Shown here: positions 28,236 through 37,939 of the stretch, in pieces
Layout: each line of letters starts with the position of its first letter
Position numbering within the stretch: position 1 is the first letter of the stretch
DNA from: a virus
Taxonomy: Duplodnaviria > Caudoviricetes
Strand: one strand, 5' to 3'
DNA: 64,000 nt
Virus record (IMG/VR): IMGVR_UViG_3300028197_000002
Translations under genes and position numbers: made by a program
The notes under the pieces: generated by a model
The model's database searches: none
The model's input: only the letters and a program-made list of their open reading frames with translations
What the model was told of the DNA's origin: nothing

Positions 28236-29518
28236 ACATTGCCGAAATATTAGATTCTGTTGGTCCAGACGTGTTTTTTCATTTTGATGAAGCTCACATT
28301 GACTGGACATCAGAGAAAAAAGCCAGTTTGATCATACAGTCTAACGGTAAAAAGTCATGTATTGAGTTAGTTGATCCCAAAGTTATAGAGGAGATGGCAG
28401 CTAGTATCCCTTATTATTTTAAAGATTGTAATTTATATTCTTGGAATCTGAAAAATTTAATATCTTTTTTCAAAAAGAAAACATCTTTAAATTTGAAATT
28501 TGAAAATGACATTTACGATCTCTATATTTTGTGTTCTTATTTTTCTTTAGGTTTAAAAAAGCCAAAGAGGACTCAAGATGCAGCGTTAATTGTAAATCAT
28601 TTAAAACAAACTGATATCTGGGATAAGTTTTTAATATTTTATAAAAAAATATATACGCCTTTAATTCAAAGAGTCATTCCCGACATAGAAACAGACCCTT
28701 TAGTGAATTTAAAAACCAAGAGTTTTTCAAATTGTTATTATGAGCTTGAAGGCCAAGCGAATGGGAGGATGAAAACTTTAAAGTTATCGAATAATAGCTA
28801 TATGCCCCATAGCATGTCTGATGATGATAAAAATAACATAGCGCTCCCAGACCCAGACGATGTCTTTTTGGTATTTGACTACAAACATATGGAGGTAAGT
28901 GTTCTTGAATGGCTTTCTAAAGATAAGGGTTTGTCTGAGATACTTTCTGAGGATCGAGATCTTTATAGCGCTGTTTGGGAGTATTTAACAAAAACTGATG
29001 CGGATGAGTCTCAAAGAAGTCTCTGCAAGAAGATATTACTTCCAGTTGTTTTTGGCCTAGGGCCAAAAAGCTTGTCAAAAAAACTTGGGTTGAGCGAAAA
29101 AAACGCCTCTAAGTTGATATATAAATTGGTCGATACATTCCCCGTTGCTTTTTCTTGGGTTGAGTCTCAACGAGTCGATAGCAACAACTTTGCCACAGAT
29201 TTTTTTGGTAGACGTAGAAAATTCTCAGAAAATGAATTCTATAAAATTAGAAATTTTTGTGTGCAATCCCCTTCTAATATGATTTGTTTAAAAAAACTTG
29301 TAGATCTACACGATTCGCTAATTGATGCGAAATTACGATTTCATGTTCACGATGGCTATGTTATTTCGTGCAATAAAAGAGAAATTAAAAATGTTTATAA
29401 AAACGCTAAATTAGTTTTAGAAAAAGATGATGAAATGTTTCTAAATTTAAAGTTAAAAGTTTCTTGCAAATATGGTAAAAAGTTAAACAATCTATTTAAT
29501 ATAAACGAGGTCATTTAA
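28229..29518 (+). CDS. Short, divergent family A DNA polymerase
   Basis: Motif A FDYKHMEV, motif B RSLCKKILLPVVFG, GRRR and motif C HVHDG. No recognisable exonuclease motifs. Confidence 0.8.
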   Translation: MLNIAEILDSVGPDVFFHFDEAHIDWTSEKKASLIIQSNGKKSCIELVDPKVIEEMAASIPYYFKDCNLYSWNLKNLISFFKKKTSLNLKFENDIYDLYILCSYFSLGLKKPKRTQDAALIVNHLKQTDIWDKFLIFYKKIYTPLIQRVIPDIETDPLVNLKTKSFSNCYYELEGQANGRMKTLKLSNNSYMPHSMSDDDKNNIALPDPDDVFLVFDYKHMEVSVLEWLSKDKGLSEILSEDRDLYSAVWEYLTKTDADESQRSLCKKILLPVVFGLGPKSLSKKLGLSEKNASKLIYKLVDTFPVAFSWVESQRVDSNNFATDFFGRRRKFSENEFYKIRNFCVQSPSNMICLKKLVDLHDSLIDAKLRFHVHDGYVISCNKREIKNVYKNAKLVLEKDDEMFLNLKLKVSCKYGKKLNNLFNINEVI

Positions 29519-30076
29519 ATGAAAGAAATTGTTCAGAAGTTTCCAGTCACAGGAAAGGAGTACGCAAATTTAGAAGAAAAATTTGGCGAATTGTGTGAAT
29601 ATCAAGCGTGGCAATTGCTTAAGAAAAACTCAAAAAACAATCACACTGATGGTCAAGAAGACATAGCTCAAGACATGCGGATAGCTTTGTTGAGATCCGC
29701 CTCTTATTACAAAAGGCAGTGCTACATAGAATCTTGCTTGAAAATTTGCGAAGAATACGCAAAAGATGACTTTATGAAGTCTATGCTGGATCAACTTAAA
29801 GATTTGTGGATAAACAAAACAAGACACGGAGCTAACCGGCAGAAGTTTGGAGAATATCAAGAGAACATTCTTGATAAAATGGTTAAATGTTTGGTGCCTA
29901 TTAAAAAAAGACCAAGCAAGAAAGAGCCTCTTTTGATGGACACTAAGTTTATAACCTATTGCAAAGCAATAACTTGGAATGCTCAAAAAGCTTTGGGAAA
30001 GAAGATAACAAGAGAAAAGACAATAAGAACAGGAATGGTTTCTTTATCTGAATATGATTATTTAGGTGGAAGTTAA
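29519..30076 (+). CDS. Putative sigma-factor-like protein (sigma domain 2 only)
   Basis: EDIAQDMRIALLRSA resembles region 2.2, TKFITYCKAITWN resembles region 2.3, and VSLSE is present. No sigma4 HTH; 185 aa. Confidence 0.5.
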   Translation: MKEIVQKFPVTGKEYANLEEKFGELCEYQAWQLLKKNSKNNHTDGQEDIAQDMRIALLRSASYYKRQCYIESCLKICEEYAKDDFMKSMLDQLKDLWINKTRHGANRQKFGEYQENILDKMVKCLVPIKKRPSKKEPLLMDTKFITYCKAITWNAQKALGKKITREKTIRTGMVSLSEYDYLGGS

Positions 30077-30126
30077 AATAATTATTTAGGGTAGATAATA
30101 ATGTTGATTGGATACTCTAGAAGAAT

Positions 30127-30405
30127 TTAGCTCCAGTGTTCGACTCCTGTTTCGTCATAGTAGTGAAGAACCCAACCAGATGTAGAAAGATATTTTCTGT
30201 CGATTTTGATTAATCCTGCATGAACTTTTCGGTGACAAGATGAGCAACATGTGACCGTGTTTGTGTCTGTGTATTGTCCGCCATCTTTGCCTTCAATTAT
30301 TCTGTGTACATCAAGAACGCAATACTCAGATGTTTTGCAAAACTTGCAAATTTTATCACTTAATTTTTTGTGCTTTTTATTTATAAGTTTTCTTTTTCGG
30401 CTCAT
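30127..30405 (-). CDS. HNH endonuclease
   Basis: CKFC...VHRI...GG.Y...N.VTCCSSCHRKVH pattern. Confidence 0.8.
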   Translation of the reverse strand: MSRKRKLINKKHKKLSDKICKFCKTSEYCVLDVHRIIEGKDGGQYTDTNTVTCCSSCHRKVHAGLIKIDRKYLSTSGWVLHYYDETGVEHWS

Positions 30406-30425
30406 TGTAATTTAACTTAGTTAAA

Positions 30426-30453
30426 TTGACATTTCTTTTGTTTTGATTACAAT
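30426..30453 (+). promoter_or_regulatory. Sigma70-type promoter upstream of guaC
   Basis: TTGACA-N16-TACAAT. Confidence 0.55.
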
Positions 30454-30487
30454 TTTTTACACAAGCGACCCACAAGAAAGAGAAAAT

Positions 30488-31618
30488 ATGAGAATAGAAA
30501 ATCAAATAAAATTAGATTTTTCTGATGTTTTAATATCTCCAAAAAGATCTGAAGCTCCGAGTAGAAAAAATGTCGACTTGCGTAGAAAATTTAATTTTTT
30601 AAATTCAGATGTTTCTTGGCAAGGCGTTCCTGTTTTGGCTGCAAATATGAGCACTACTGGAACTTTTGCAATGGCGAGGGCTTTTGGCAAACACGACATG
30701 ATGGTTTGTTTGCACAAGTATTATTCAATTGATAATTTAATATCTTTTTATAAAGAATATGAGAACACCGACAAGGAAGCTCCTGTTTTTTATACGCTAG
30801 GAATTAAAAATGATGATTTTGAAAAATTAAATGAATTTTCAAAAAAATATAAAAAGCCAAAATATATTTGCTTGGACGTAGCTAACGGATACACCAAGTA
30901 TTTCGTAGAAAAGTGCAAAACTTTAAGAGGTCTTTATCCATCATCTGTTTTTATGGCGGGAAACATATGTACTCCAGAAATGGTTCAAGAGCTTCTTTTA
31001 TCTGGAGGTGTTGATATTGTAAAAGTAGGCATTGGGGGTGGTTCTGCTTGCACAACTAGAATTGTAACAGGAATAGGAGTTCCTCAATTCTCTGCTGTTT
31101 GCGAATGCGCAGACGCAGCACATGGGCTGAAAGGCCATATGGTTTCAGATGGCGGGTGCGTTCATTCTGGAGATGTCGCTAAAGCATTCGGAGCAGCATC
31201 GGATTTTGTAATGTTAGGAGGAATGCTTTCTGGTCATGATGAGTGCGAAGGAGATTGGGAGTTTGAGTGGAAATGCACAACTTTGGGGCAAGACGAAAGA
31301 GCGAATCGAGAGTGGTGGCAACCATGTGACCCCGGATATCCTACTGAAAAAAGAAAAGTTTCTTTGGGATTTTATGGCATGAGCAGCAAAGAAGCTATGG
31401 ATAAATTTAATGGAGGTCAAGATAATTATAGAGCTTCCGAGGGTAGATCGGTAAGCATCCCTTATAAAGGATTTGTTGAACAAACTATAATAGACTTATT
31501 GGGTGGTATTAGAAGTTCCTGTACATATGTCGGCACAGAGAGCTTGAAAGACTTTAGCAAATGCTGTACATTTATTAGGGTGAATAATACACACAATAAA
31601 ATTTTTGAGAAAAATTAA
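30488..31618 (+). CDS. guaC: GMP reductase
   Basis: MRIEN.IKLDFSDVLI.PKRS, AANM, CLDVANGY, KVGIGGGSACTTR, SDGGC, FYGMSS and ASEG motifs. Probable start 30488. Confidence 0.95.
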   Translation: MRIENQIKLDFSDVLISPKRSEAPSRKNVDLRRKFNFLNSDVSWQGVPVLAANMSTTGTFAMARAFGKHDMMVCLHKYYSIDNLISFYKEYENTDKEAPVFYTLGIKNDDFEKLNEFSKKYKKPKYICLDVANGYTKYFVEKCKTLRGLYPSSVFMAGNICTPEMVQELLLSGGVDIVKVGIGGGSACTTRIVTGIGVPQFSAVCECADAAHGLKGHMVSDGGCVHSGDVAKAFGAASDFVMLGGMLSGHDECEGDWEFEWKCTTLGQDERANREWWQPCDPGYPTEKRKVSLGFYGMSSKEAMDKFNGGQDNYRASEGRSVSIPYKGFVEQTIIDLLGGIRSSCTYVGTESLKDFSKCCTFIRVNNTHNKIFEKN

Positions 31619-33211
31619 ATGTCTGATTTTAATTTCGATGATTTAACTGATGAAGAAATATATAAATTAAGGAAAAATACAAATCCTGACGAGACCGAAG
31701 CAGAAAAATATAATTGGACAGAAGAATTTCAAAAAAATATAATTTCTCTTTTGCTTTGCGACCGTTGGTTTGCTGTTCAGTGTCGCGACTTGGTTAATCC
31801 AAATTATTTTGTTGACGAAGTGCATCAACTTCTTGTTCGAGTTCTTTTCAATTACTTAGACACTTACAAAAGTCTTCCTGAAAAATCTTTTGTGATGCAA
31901 GAGGTTGATAGTGCAACCAAGAAAAAAGAGCCAAAAATAAAACAGCACTACATAGCAGAAACTAATTTGGTTTATGAAAAATATGTTCCAAATTTAGAGT
32001 CTAGGCCCGCTTTGCTAGATAAGATATTAAATTTTGCAAAGCTGATGGCTCTCAAGTCTGCTTTCGACACTTCTTTGAACTTGATGAAAAAAGATCCTGA
32101 AGAAGAAGCAACTTGGATGAAAATACAAAACACTTTGAAAGAGGCCTTGTTGGTCGATAGAAACTTTAATGAAGGGTTGAACTATTTCGAAACGTTTGAA
32201 GAGCGTTACGAGAGAATGGAAAGTCAAGAAGAGTCGAAGGAAATATTCACTACTGGATTCGATGGGCTTGACGATGCGTTATTGGGCGGTGGTACTCATC
32301 GAGGAGAGATATATGCTTGGGTTGGTCTTTCCGGAACTGGCAAGAGTTTGGCTTTAGTTGCTGCTGCTAAAAGAAATGTTACAAAATACAACAAAAAAGT
32401 TTTGTATGTTTCTTTAGAAATGGATGAAGATAAAATTGCCGAAAGATTCGACGCGCAGTTTGCCGGGGTTAATATAAATCTTCTTTATGAAAATAAAGAC
32501 AAGATACAGCAAAAGTTTGATCAGATAAAAGAAGAAAACGAAGATCCTAAGATGTTAGTGGTCAAACAGTTTCCTGCTGGATCTATGTCTGTAAATACTT
32601 TGAAAGCATATATGCAGCAATTGCAGATGACAGGTTTCAAACCAGATTTGGTAATTGTTGATTACATTGGAGAAATGAAAGATTATCCCGGAATGGCAAC
32701 TTGGGAATCTAGATACAGAATTGTTAGAGATCTTAGAGGACTAGCGACAGAAGAAAATGTTTGCATGTTCACGGCCCTTCAGCCAAATAAAAGTGCTAGA
32801 GAAGCTCAGAAAATGGATGGGCCGGGAGAAGGTGTTATTGATGATGATAATTTGGCTGACTCCTATGGTCAAATTAGGCCTTTGGATGGATGTTGGTCAA
32901 TCAATCAAATGCAAGTGGAGAAAGATGCTGGAATTGCTAGAATATTTGTAATTAAACATCGTCATGGAAAAAGTAGATTTACTATATGGGTAGGCTATGA
33001 TAGAGACACGCTTGCAATGGATCAAATTTCTCATTCTTCATATGAGAAAAAATTACACGAGAAGCACATGAAGGCTTCTGAAAAAGTTCAAGAAGATGTT
33101 GCGAGTCAGGCCGCTGAAATAAATAAAGTTTTAGGCAAAGGAAAAAAGAACTTCTTTGCAGATGATATGGGACATTCTACTGAAGACCCCGACGCACCAG
33201 ATGATTTATAA
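31619..33211 (+). CDS. dnaB: Replicative DnaB-like helicase (gp41-like)
   Basis: TGF..LD, Walker A GLSGTGKS, SLEM, IVDY and KHRHG motifs. Confidence 0.9.
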   Translation: MSDFNFDDLTDEEIYKLRKNTNPDETEAEKYNWTEEFQKNIISLLLCDRWFAVQCRDLVNPNYFVDEVHQLLVRVLFNYLDTYKSLPEKSFVMQEVDSATKKKEPKIKQHYIAETNLVYEKYVPNLESRPALLDKILNFAKLMALKSAFDTSLNLMKKDPEEEATWMKIQNTLKEALLVDRNFNEGLNYFETFEERYERMESQEESKEIFTTGFDGLDDALLGGGTHRGEIYAWVGLSGTGKSLALVAAAKRNVTKYNKKVLYVSLEMDEDKIAERFDAQFAGVNINLLYENKDKIQQKFDQIKEENEDPKMLVVKQFPAGSMSVNTLKAYMQQLQMTGFKPDLVIVDYIGEMKDYPGMATWESRYRIVRDLRGLATEENVCMFTALQPNKSAREAQKMDGPGEGVIDDDNLADSYGQIRPLDGCWSINQMQVEKDAGIARIFVIKHRHGKSRFTIWVGYDRDTLAMDQISHSSYEKKLHEKHMKASEKVQEDVASQAAEINKVLGKGKKNFFADDMGHSTEDPDAPDDL

Positions 33212-33222
33212 GGAAAATTTGT

Positions 33223-33720
33223 ATGAGCGATTTTTTTGAAGCACCACAAGCTACGACTAAAATAAAATTAGGCGGACAAGACATTGTGATAGACAATAAA
33301 AGAATGTCTTTTAACGAGTCTAATCTTTCTGTATTTATGGAAAATTTAGCTTTGTGGTATGATTATTTTTGTCAAAAATTGGCAGAAGCGGAAGCTCTTT
33401 TGTCATTTAAAGAGCATGAGTATGAGATAGCCTACGCTACTGAATACGAGAAGCATAAAACTGATGGGTGTACTGATAAACTTTCTGAGGCTAATGCTAA
33501 AAAAAGCGAAGAAGTCTCAGAGCATAAAAAAGAAATAATATCAGCAAAACATAAAGTAACTTTGTTGAAGCAACATTTAAGAAGCTGGGATAAAGCGCAT
33601 GACAATGCGCAAAGTCGAGGACATACCATTAGAAAAGAAATGGATAAATTAAACTCTGACATCATGATAAAGAAAGATATTTATAATGAAGTGGATGAGG
33701 TTGTGAGGAAAAATGGCTAA
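33223..33720 (+). CDS. UvsY-like recombination mediator
   Basis: Helical coiled-coil protein of T4 UvsY size that follows the helicase; context-based call. Confidence 0.5.
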   Translation: MSDFFEAPQATTKIKLGGQDIVIDNKRMSFNESNLSVFMENLALWYDYFCQKLAEAEALLSFKEHEYEIAYATEYEKHKTDGCTDKLSEANAKKSEEVSEHKKEIISAKHKVTLLKQHLRSWDKAHDNAQSRGHTIRKEMDKLNSDIMIKKDIYNEVDEVVRKNG

Positions 33721-34546
33721 AAAAAGTTTGGTATTTGTTCTGAATAAAGACAACTCAGACGAGTATTTGAATTGGGTTGATTTAAAAAGTTCAAAATATG
33801 ATATTGTTTACGTGGAAGAAGTTCTGAAAAACAAATGGAAAACTATTCACGATTTGCTTTCTAGATCTAAATATAAATTATTTTATTATGACTTTCCTTG
33901 TTTTATAAATTCCGATGTTGCATCTTCAGATGAAGATTTGTGTAAGTTTATAGAGGTATTCAAAACGAATAAACTCAATATTGCTTCTCCTGCCATACAA
34001 GGCCCTGAAGTTTTTTTTGAATCTAAAAATTCATTTTTAAGAAATGTTAATTATGTGCCGAGTGTGTTTTTTGCATTTTCTAAGCACGCAATTTCTCTCT
34101 TTAAAAAGAATAATATTTTGAACTTTAATGATTCTGGATCAGGAATTGATTGGACGCTGCCAGCGATCATTAAAAATGATAAAGTTTGCATAATAGACTC
34201 AATAAAAATTAATTATAAATTTGAACAACAAGAAAAGAATATAAAAGATTTTGTTGAAATTTATACTGAATTTAATTTGGAGAGTTTTTACTTTACAGAG
34301 TATTCAAGAGTTGATTGTGAAGAAGAGATGGATATAGAAAGTTTTTCTAATAATTTTAAAAAATTGAGAAACTGCAATTTTAGAAGGCCAACAAGAAGAT
34401 CGAATGATTGTGCCCCAGAAAGAAGCTTTATTAGCCAAAGACTTCTGAACGCCACAGGCGCTCAGAATTTGAATCAGGCCAACGCAGCCTCCTCGACAAA
34501 TGCGCTAGTCAGTGCCACAGAGGAAGAAGGAAATGAGGAGATCTGA
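33713..34546 (+). CDS. Hypothetical protein, DUF707/glycosyltransferase-like
   Basis: NKW, YDFPCFINSD, L.IASPA, SGSGIDW and IIDSI patterns resemble DUF707. Confidence 0.4.
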   Translation: MAKKSLVFVLNKDNSDEYLNWVDLKSSKYDIVYVEEVLKNKWKTIHDLLSRSKYKLFYYDFPCFINSDVASSDEDLCKFIEVFKTNKLNIASPAIQGPEVFFESKNSFLRNVNYVPSVFFAFSKHAISLFKKNNILNFNDSGSGIDWTLPAIIKNDKVCIIDSIKINYKFEQQEKNIKDFVEIYTEFNLESFYFTEYSRVDCEEEMDIESFSNNFKKLRNCNFRRPTRRSNDCAPERSFISQRLLNATGAQNLNQANAASSTNALVSATEEEGNEEI

Positions 34547-34808
34547 AATGGCGAAGCCAAAAGTGTTAGTTTCCGAAGCCCAGAAGAGTTGTCGCGAAAA
34601 CTTTTCGAAAGAAGAAGACGTAGCCACTCTTCTCAAAAAAGTTGATGAACTTGAGAGCGTAATTTCTATTTTTTCTGAAATTCATGAAAAAAGAGATCAC
34701 GCTGTAGTTCTTAGCAAATTAACATGTTTTGTTATTGTTGCTTTATCTTTTTTTAATCTTTTTCTTAATTATATGTTGTTTAAATTTTTTGTTTTGAGTT
34801 TGCCATGA
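34512..34808 (+). CDS. Hypothetical membrane protein
   Basis: C-terminal hydrophobic helix. Confidence 0.5.
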   Translation: MPQRKKEMRRSEMAKPKVLVSEAQKSCRENFSKEEDVATLLKKVDELESVISIFSEIHEKRDHAVVLSKLTCFVIVALSFFNLFLNYMLFKFFVLSLP

Positions 34809-35416
34809 TAATTCCAGAAAATTTTACAAACTACGAACTAAGCGACAAAGAGCTTGAAGAACATATTTTGTTTTGTTTGATGGTATTTAACAAAAACGCT
34901 AATCAAACTGCTGTTAAGTTAGAAAAGTTTCTTAGTTGGTGTCATGAAATTGATATTGATCATTTTAAAACAATGAGTCATTTCCAAGTTGTCAGAAACA
35001 AACTAAAAAAACACTCTGCTGTTGAAATGGTGACAAGGTTTCGATTTGGCAACACAACGGTCAAAGCCGCTGGTTTGGAGCAACTGGTCAATTCTGGATT
35101 TGATCTTAAAACATGCTCGGCTGAGGAACTTGAAACCATATCAGGTTTCGGGATGAAGACCTCTCGCTATTTCGTTCTTCACACAAGAAAAAATGCTCGC
35201 GTAGCATGTTTAGACACTCATGTTTTAAAATGGATGAAAAGGTTTCCTTATATATTTGGAGAAATTAAAAAAGGACAGCCAAGTAGAAAGAGGTACTTGG
35301 AGTTAGAAAAAGAGTTTTTAGAGGTTTGTGATACTTCAAATGTTAACCCAGCAGAATTGGACTTGAGTATTTGGAATTCACAACGAAAAAAAACAGAAGC
35401 GATCTTGAATCTTTAA
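34805..35416 (+). CDS. HhH DNA glycosylase, 8-oxoguanine glycosylase (Ogg2)-like
   Basis: HhH motif LETISGFGMKTSRYF, LDTHVLKWM, Y..LE and ELDLSIW. Confidence 0.75.
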   Translation: MIIPENFTNYELSDKELEEHILFCLMVFNKNANQTAVKLEKFLSWCHEIDIDHFKTMSHFQVVRNKLKKHSAVEMVTRFRFGNTTVKAAGLEQLVNSGFDLKTCSAEELETISGFGMKTSRYFVLHTRKNARVACLDTHVLKWMKRFPYIFGEIKKGQPSRKRYLELEKEFLEVCDTSNVNPAELDLSIWNSQRKKTEAILNL

Positions 35417-35452
35417 TCTAGATTTAAGTTAAAGATTACATATAATACTTGC

Positions 35453-35701
35453 ATGAGATATTTAGAAATAGCAAGTAGAATTAAAGAAAATAACCCAAAG
35501 GCAATCTTGATAGATGGGTTCGATGAGGCTTTAATTGGGGATACTCAAAATAAAAGCCCAGTTGTGGGTGTTTATGATTTAGAACGGTGCATTGCTTTGC
35601 TTGTTGAAAGTGGAATGACCACTCTAGAATCAACAGATTATTTGGAATCAAAACTGCAAGAATGCAAAAGTGATAATGATCCCATTTTTATTTCACTATG
35701 A
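35453..35701 (+). CDS. Hypothetical phage protein
   Basis: DGFDEALIG...VYD...CI pattern. Confidence 0.55.
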   Translation: MRYLEIASRIKENNPKAILIDGFDEALIGDTQNKSPVVGVYDLERCIALLVESGMTTLESTDYLESKLQECKSDNDPIFISL

Positions 35702-36516
35702 TACTTGATAATGACATACTGGCCATATGTAATATTTATTCTAGTTCAAATAAATATAAATGTTTGTTGCCTCATTTTATAAATCATTATAAAAAAATAA
35801 AAGTTGATAAAATAGTTTTCATATGCGAAGATGATGTTCAAAATTTTATAAAAAACGAATTTGATTGCGAAGGCATTATTTTAGAAAAACCAAAAGTTTT
35901 TTCTACAACTTCAAATTTAATAGAAGATTTAAAAGGGAAGTCTTTATTTCCTCCGGGCATAAAAAAAGTTTCACTTGGAACCTTAGACTCTTGCAGAATT
36001 AATGCTTTTAAAAATAATCACAACTGTTGGTATGTGCCTTTAGATTTGGATGAGTTTCATGATGTTGAAGATATTCATGAAGTAAAAAATGAGTGTTTGT
36101 CTGGTGGAAAACAGTATGTTTATTCTGAGCTTTATGACAGAACAACTGCTGACATGTCGGTGCCAGAAACATTAAGTTCAAAATGCATATATTCGCAGTT
36201 TCCTAATCACGTAGACATAACTGGCTCTATTATGAAAGCCAACAAGAAAAAAATTGCTCTTTGCCATCCTAGCTTAGATGTTTCTGGTGGACATCACGGA
36301 GTAACAATTGAGCCTTTTACTATTGAAAAAGGAATACTTTGTAAAGAAAGTGATCTTCAGGAGATGGAATTTAAAACCTATCACTTCAAGTGGTTTGGAG
36401 ACTTTTATCAGGTGGACGAGAAAAAAAGAGAGGATAGAAAAACTCAAGGTCTTTGGTGGTTTGATGAATTTGATAGGCTTTCTGAAAATAATCCGTTTTC
36501 TAGTCAAGGCAATTGA
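35698..36516 (+). CDS. Glycosyltransferase family 2-like protein
   Basis: LPHFINHYKK, WYVPLDLDEF (DxD), K.A, GGHH and YHFKW motifs. Confidence 0.65.
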   Translation: MILDNDILAICNIYSSSNKYKCLLPHFINHYKKIKVDKIVFICEDDVQNFIKNEFDCEGIILEKPKVFSTTSNLIEDLKGKSLFPPGIKKVSLGTLDSCRINAFKNNHNCWYVPLDLDEFHDVEDIHEVKNECLSGGKQYVYSELYDRTTADMSVPETLSSKCIYSQFPNHVDITGSIMKANKKKIALCHPSLDVSGGHHGVTIEPFTIEKGILCKESDLQEMEFKTYHFKWFGDFYQVDEKKREDRKTQGLWWFDEFDRLSENNPFSSQGN

Positions 36517-36531
36517 GTTTTAAATGTCATA

Positions 36532-37296
36532 ATGGATTTATATACTAGTTATTTTATTGCCAATTCATTTGATCGTCAATTAGAAATTGACGCTTCGATT
36601 ATTTCTAATTTGAAAAACGATAAATTTGATAACGTTTTTATTTTTGTAGAGAAAAAAAATGATTTAAAAAGAAGGTATGAAGTAAAAAGTGATAAGTTGA
36701 AAGAGCTAGTTATAGGATGCGTTCCAACTTATAGAAGTTGGATCACTCACCTGATTGAAAATAAAAGTGATTGTGCTATTTTTTGTAATTCTGATATAAG
36801 CTTTGACGAAACTATTGATTTGGCAAAAAAATACATTTTTAAAGAAAATAGTGTAATTTGTCTTTCTAATTATGATAAAAAAAGACCATGGTGGTCGCAG
36901 GATGCTTGGGGATTAAGTTTTGAAAATGCTACTAAAATAGACTTTCTAGATGATTTGAAATTACAGATTGGACAAGTAAGATGTGATAATAAATTTGCAT
37001 ATAAATTTGCTTTTAACCAATGGGATATTTATAATCCTTGCAAGGAAATAAAAGCTTATCACAATCACCAATCTGGAATAAGAAATTATTCGAAGACAGA
37101 CCCTGTTAATTTAGAGAATGTCGCTTTGGTTTTTCCTTGTAAGAATGAAATGCCATCCAGAATTCATTATGCATTTGTTCCTTTGGGTATGAAAAATATA
37201 ATAGGAATAGAACTCTGTCCTTATATGGTTAAAGGCCTTGGCCAAGAACAGGCTAATGATTTTGAAAATAAAATGTCTTTTTATAATGAAAATTAA
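36532..37296 (+). CDS. Putative glycosyltransferase-like protein
   Basis: IFCNSDI.FD, SQDAW, G..RCDNKFAY and NP...I..YH.H motifs. Confidence 0.5.
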   Translation: MDLYTSYFIANSFDRQLEIDASIISNLKNDKFDNVFIFVEKKNDLKRRYEVKSDKLKELVIGCVPTYRSWITHLIENKSDCAIFCNSDISFDETIDLAKKYIFKENSVICLSNYDKKRPWWSQDAWGLSFENATKIDFLDDLKLQIGQVRCDNKFAYKFAFNQWDIYNPCKEIKAYHNHQSGIRNYSKTDPVNLENVALVFPCKNEMPSRIHYAFVPLGMKNIIGIELCPYMVKGLGQEQANDFENKMSFYNEN

Positions 37297-37297
37297 A

Positions 37298-37924
37298 ATG
37301 AAAATAGAAGAGTTAAAAAAAGAATTAGATTTTGTTGTTTCTAAAAGCATTATAAACACAGACATGCTTATAGGTCGATTAAAGTTTATGGATTTAAAAT
37401 CTAAAAAAAGCAGTCAATACGTGGATTCTAAATATCTTCCTCCATATTATCATTTATCTAAGTTTATAAACCCCTCCAGAGTTGTGCAAATAGGGTTTGA
37501 TTTAGCATTTTCTTTATGTTGTTTTTTAAAATCAAATAATTCAGTGAAAGAGGTTTTGGCTTTTCAGCCTAAAGATGATGATTCTTATTATTCAGAAAGA
37601 TTAGCTATTTCTAATTTGCGGGAAATTAAAAAAGAAATTGAAATTAATTTTCACAAAGGAAGTGTTTTTGATGTTGACTTTCAAAAACTTTTGTCTCAAA
37701 AAAAATGGGATTGTTTTTTTATAAATGAAAAATATGGGAAGTTTGATTCAATCAAAGAGGATTTAGATCTTAGTTGGGATCATTTGAATGATGATGGTTT
37801 TATTGTTTTAGACGGGATAATGCATAAAAAAGTGAATAAGTTATTTAAAGATTTCTGTAAAATAAGAAATACTTCTGGAATTGAAATAAAAACTAGATAT
37901 GGATTGGGAATAATTAGAAAGTAA
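37298..37924 (+). CDS. Class I SAM-dependent methyltransferase-like protein (Methyltransf_24-like)
   Basis: P.RVVQIG.D.AFS, DL...WDHL..DG.IVLD motifs. Start chosen just after the upstream stop. Confidence 0.55.
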   Translation: MKIEELKKELDFVVSKSIINTDMLIGRLKFMDLKSKKSSQYVDSKYLPPYYHLSKFINPSRVVQIGFDLAFSLCCFLKSNNSVKEVLAFQPKDDDSYYSERLAISNLREIKKEIEINFHKGSVFDVDFQKLLSQKKWDCFFINEKYGKFDSIKEDLDLSWDHLNDDGFIVLDGIMHKKVNKLFKDFCKIRNTSGIEIKTRYGLGIIRK

Positions 37925-37939
37925 ATACTAAAATATAAC

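Noticed and set aside
34380-34546. Frameshift or overlapping gene in the GC-richer tail of the DUF707-like ORF
   Set aside because: Both alternative frames are interrupted by stops, so the segment is best read as a low-complexity C-terminal tail.
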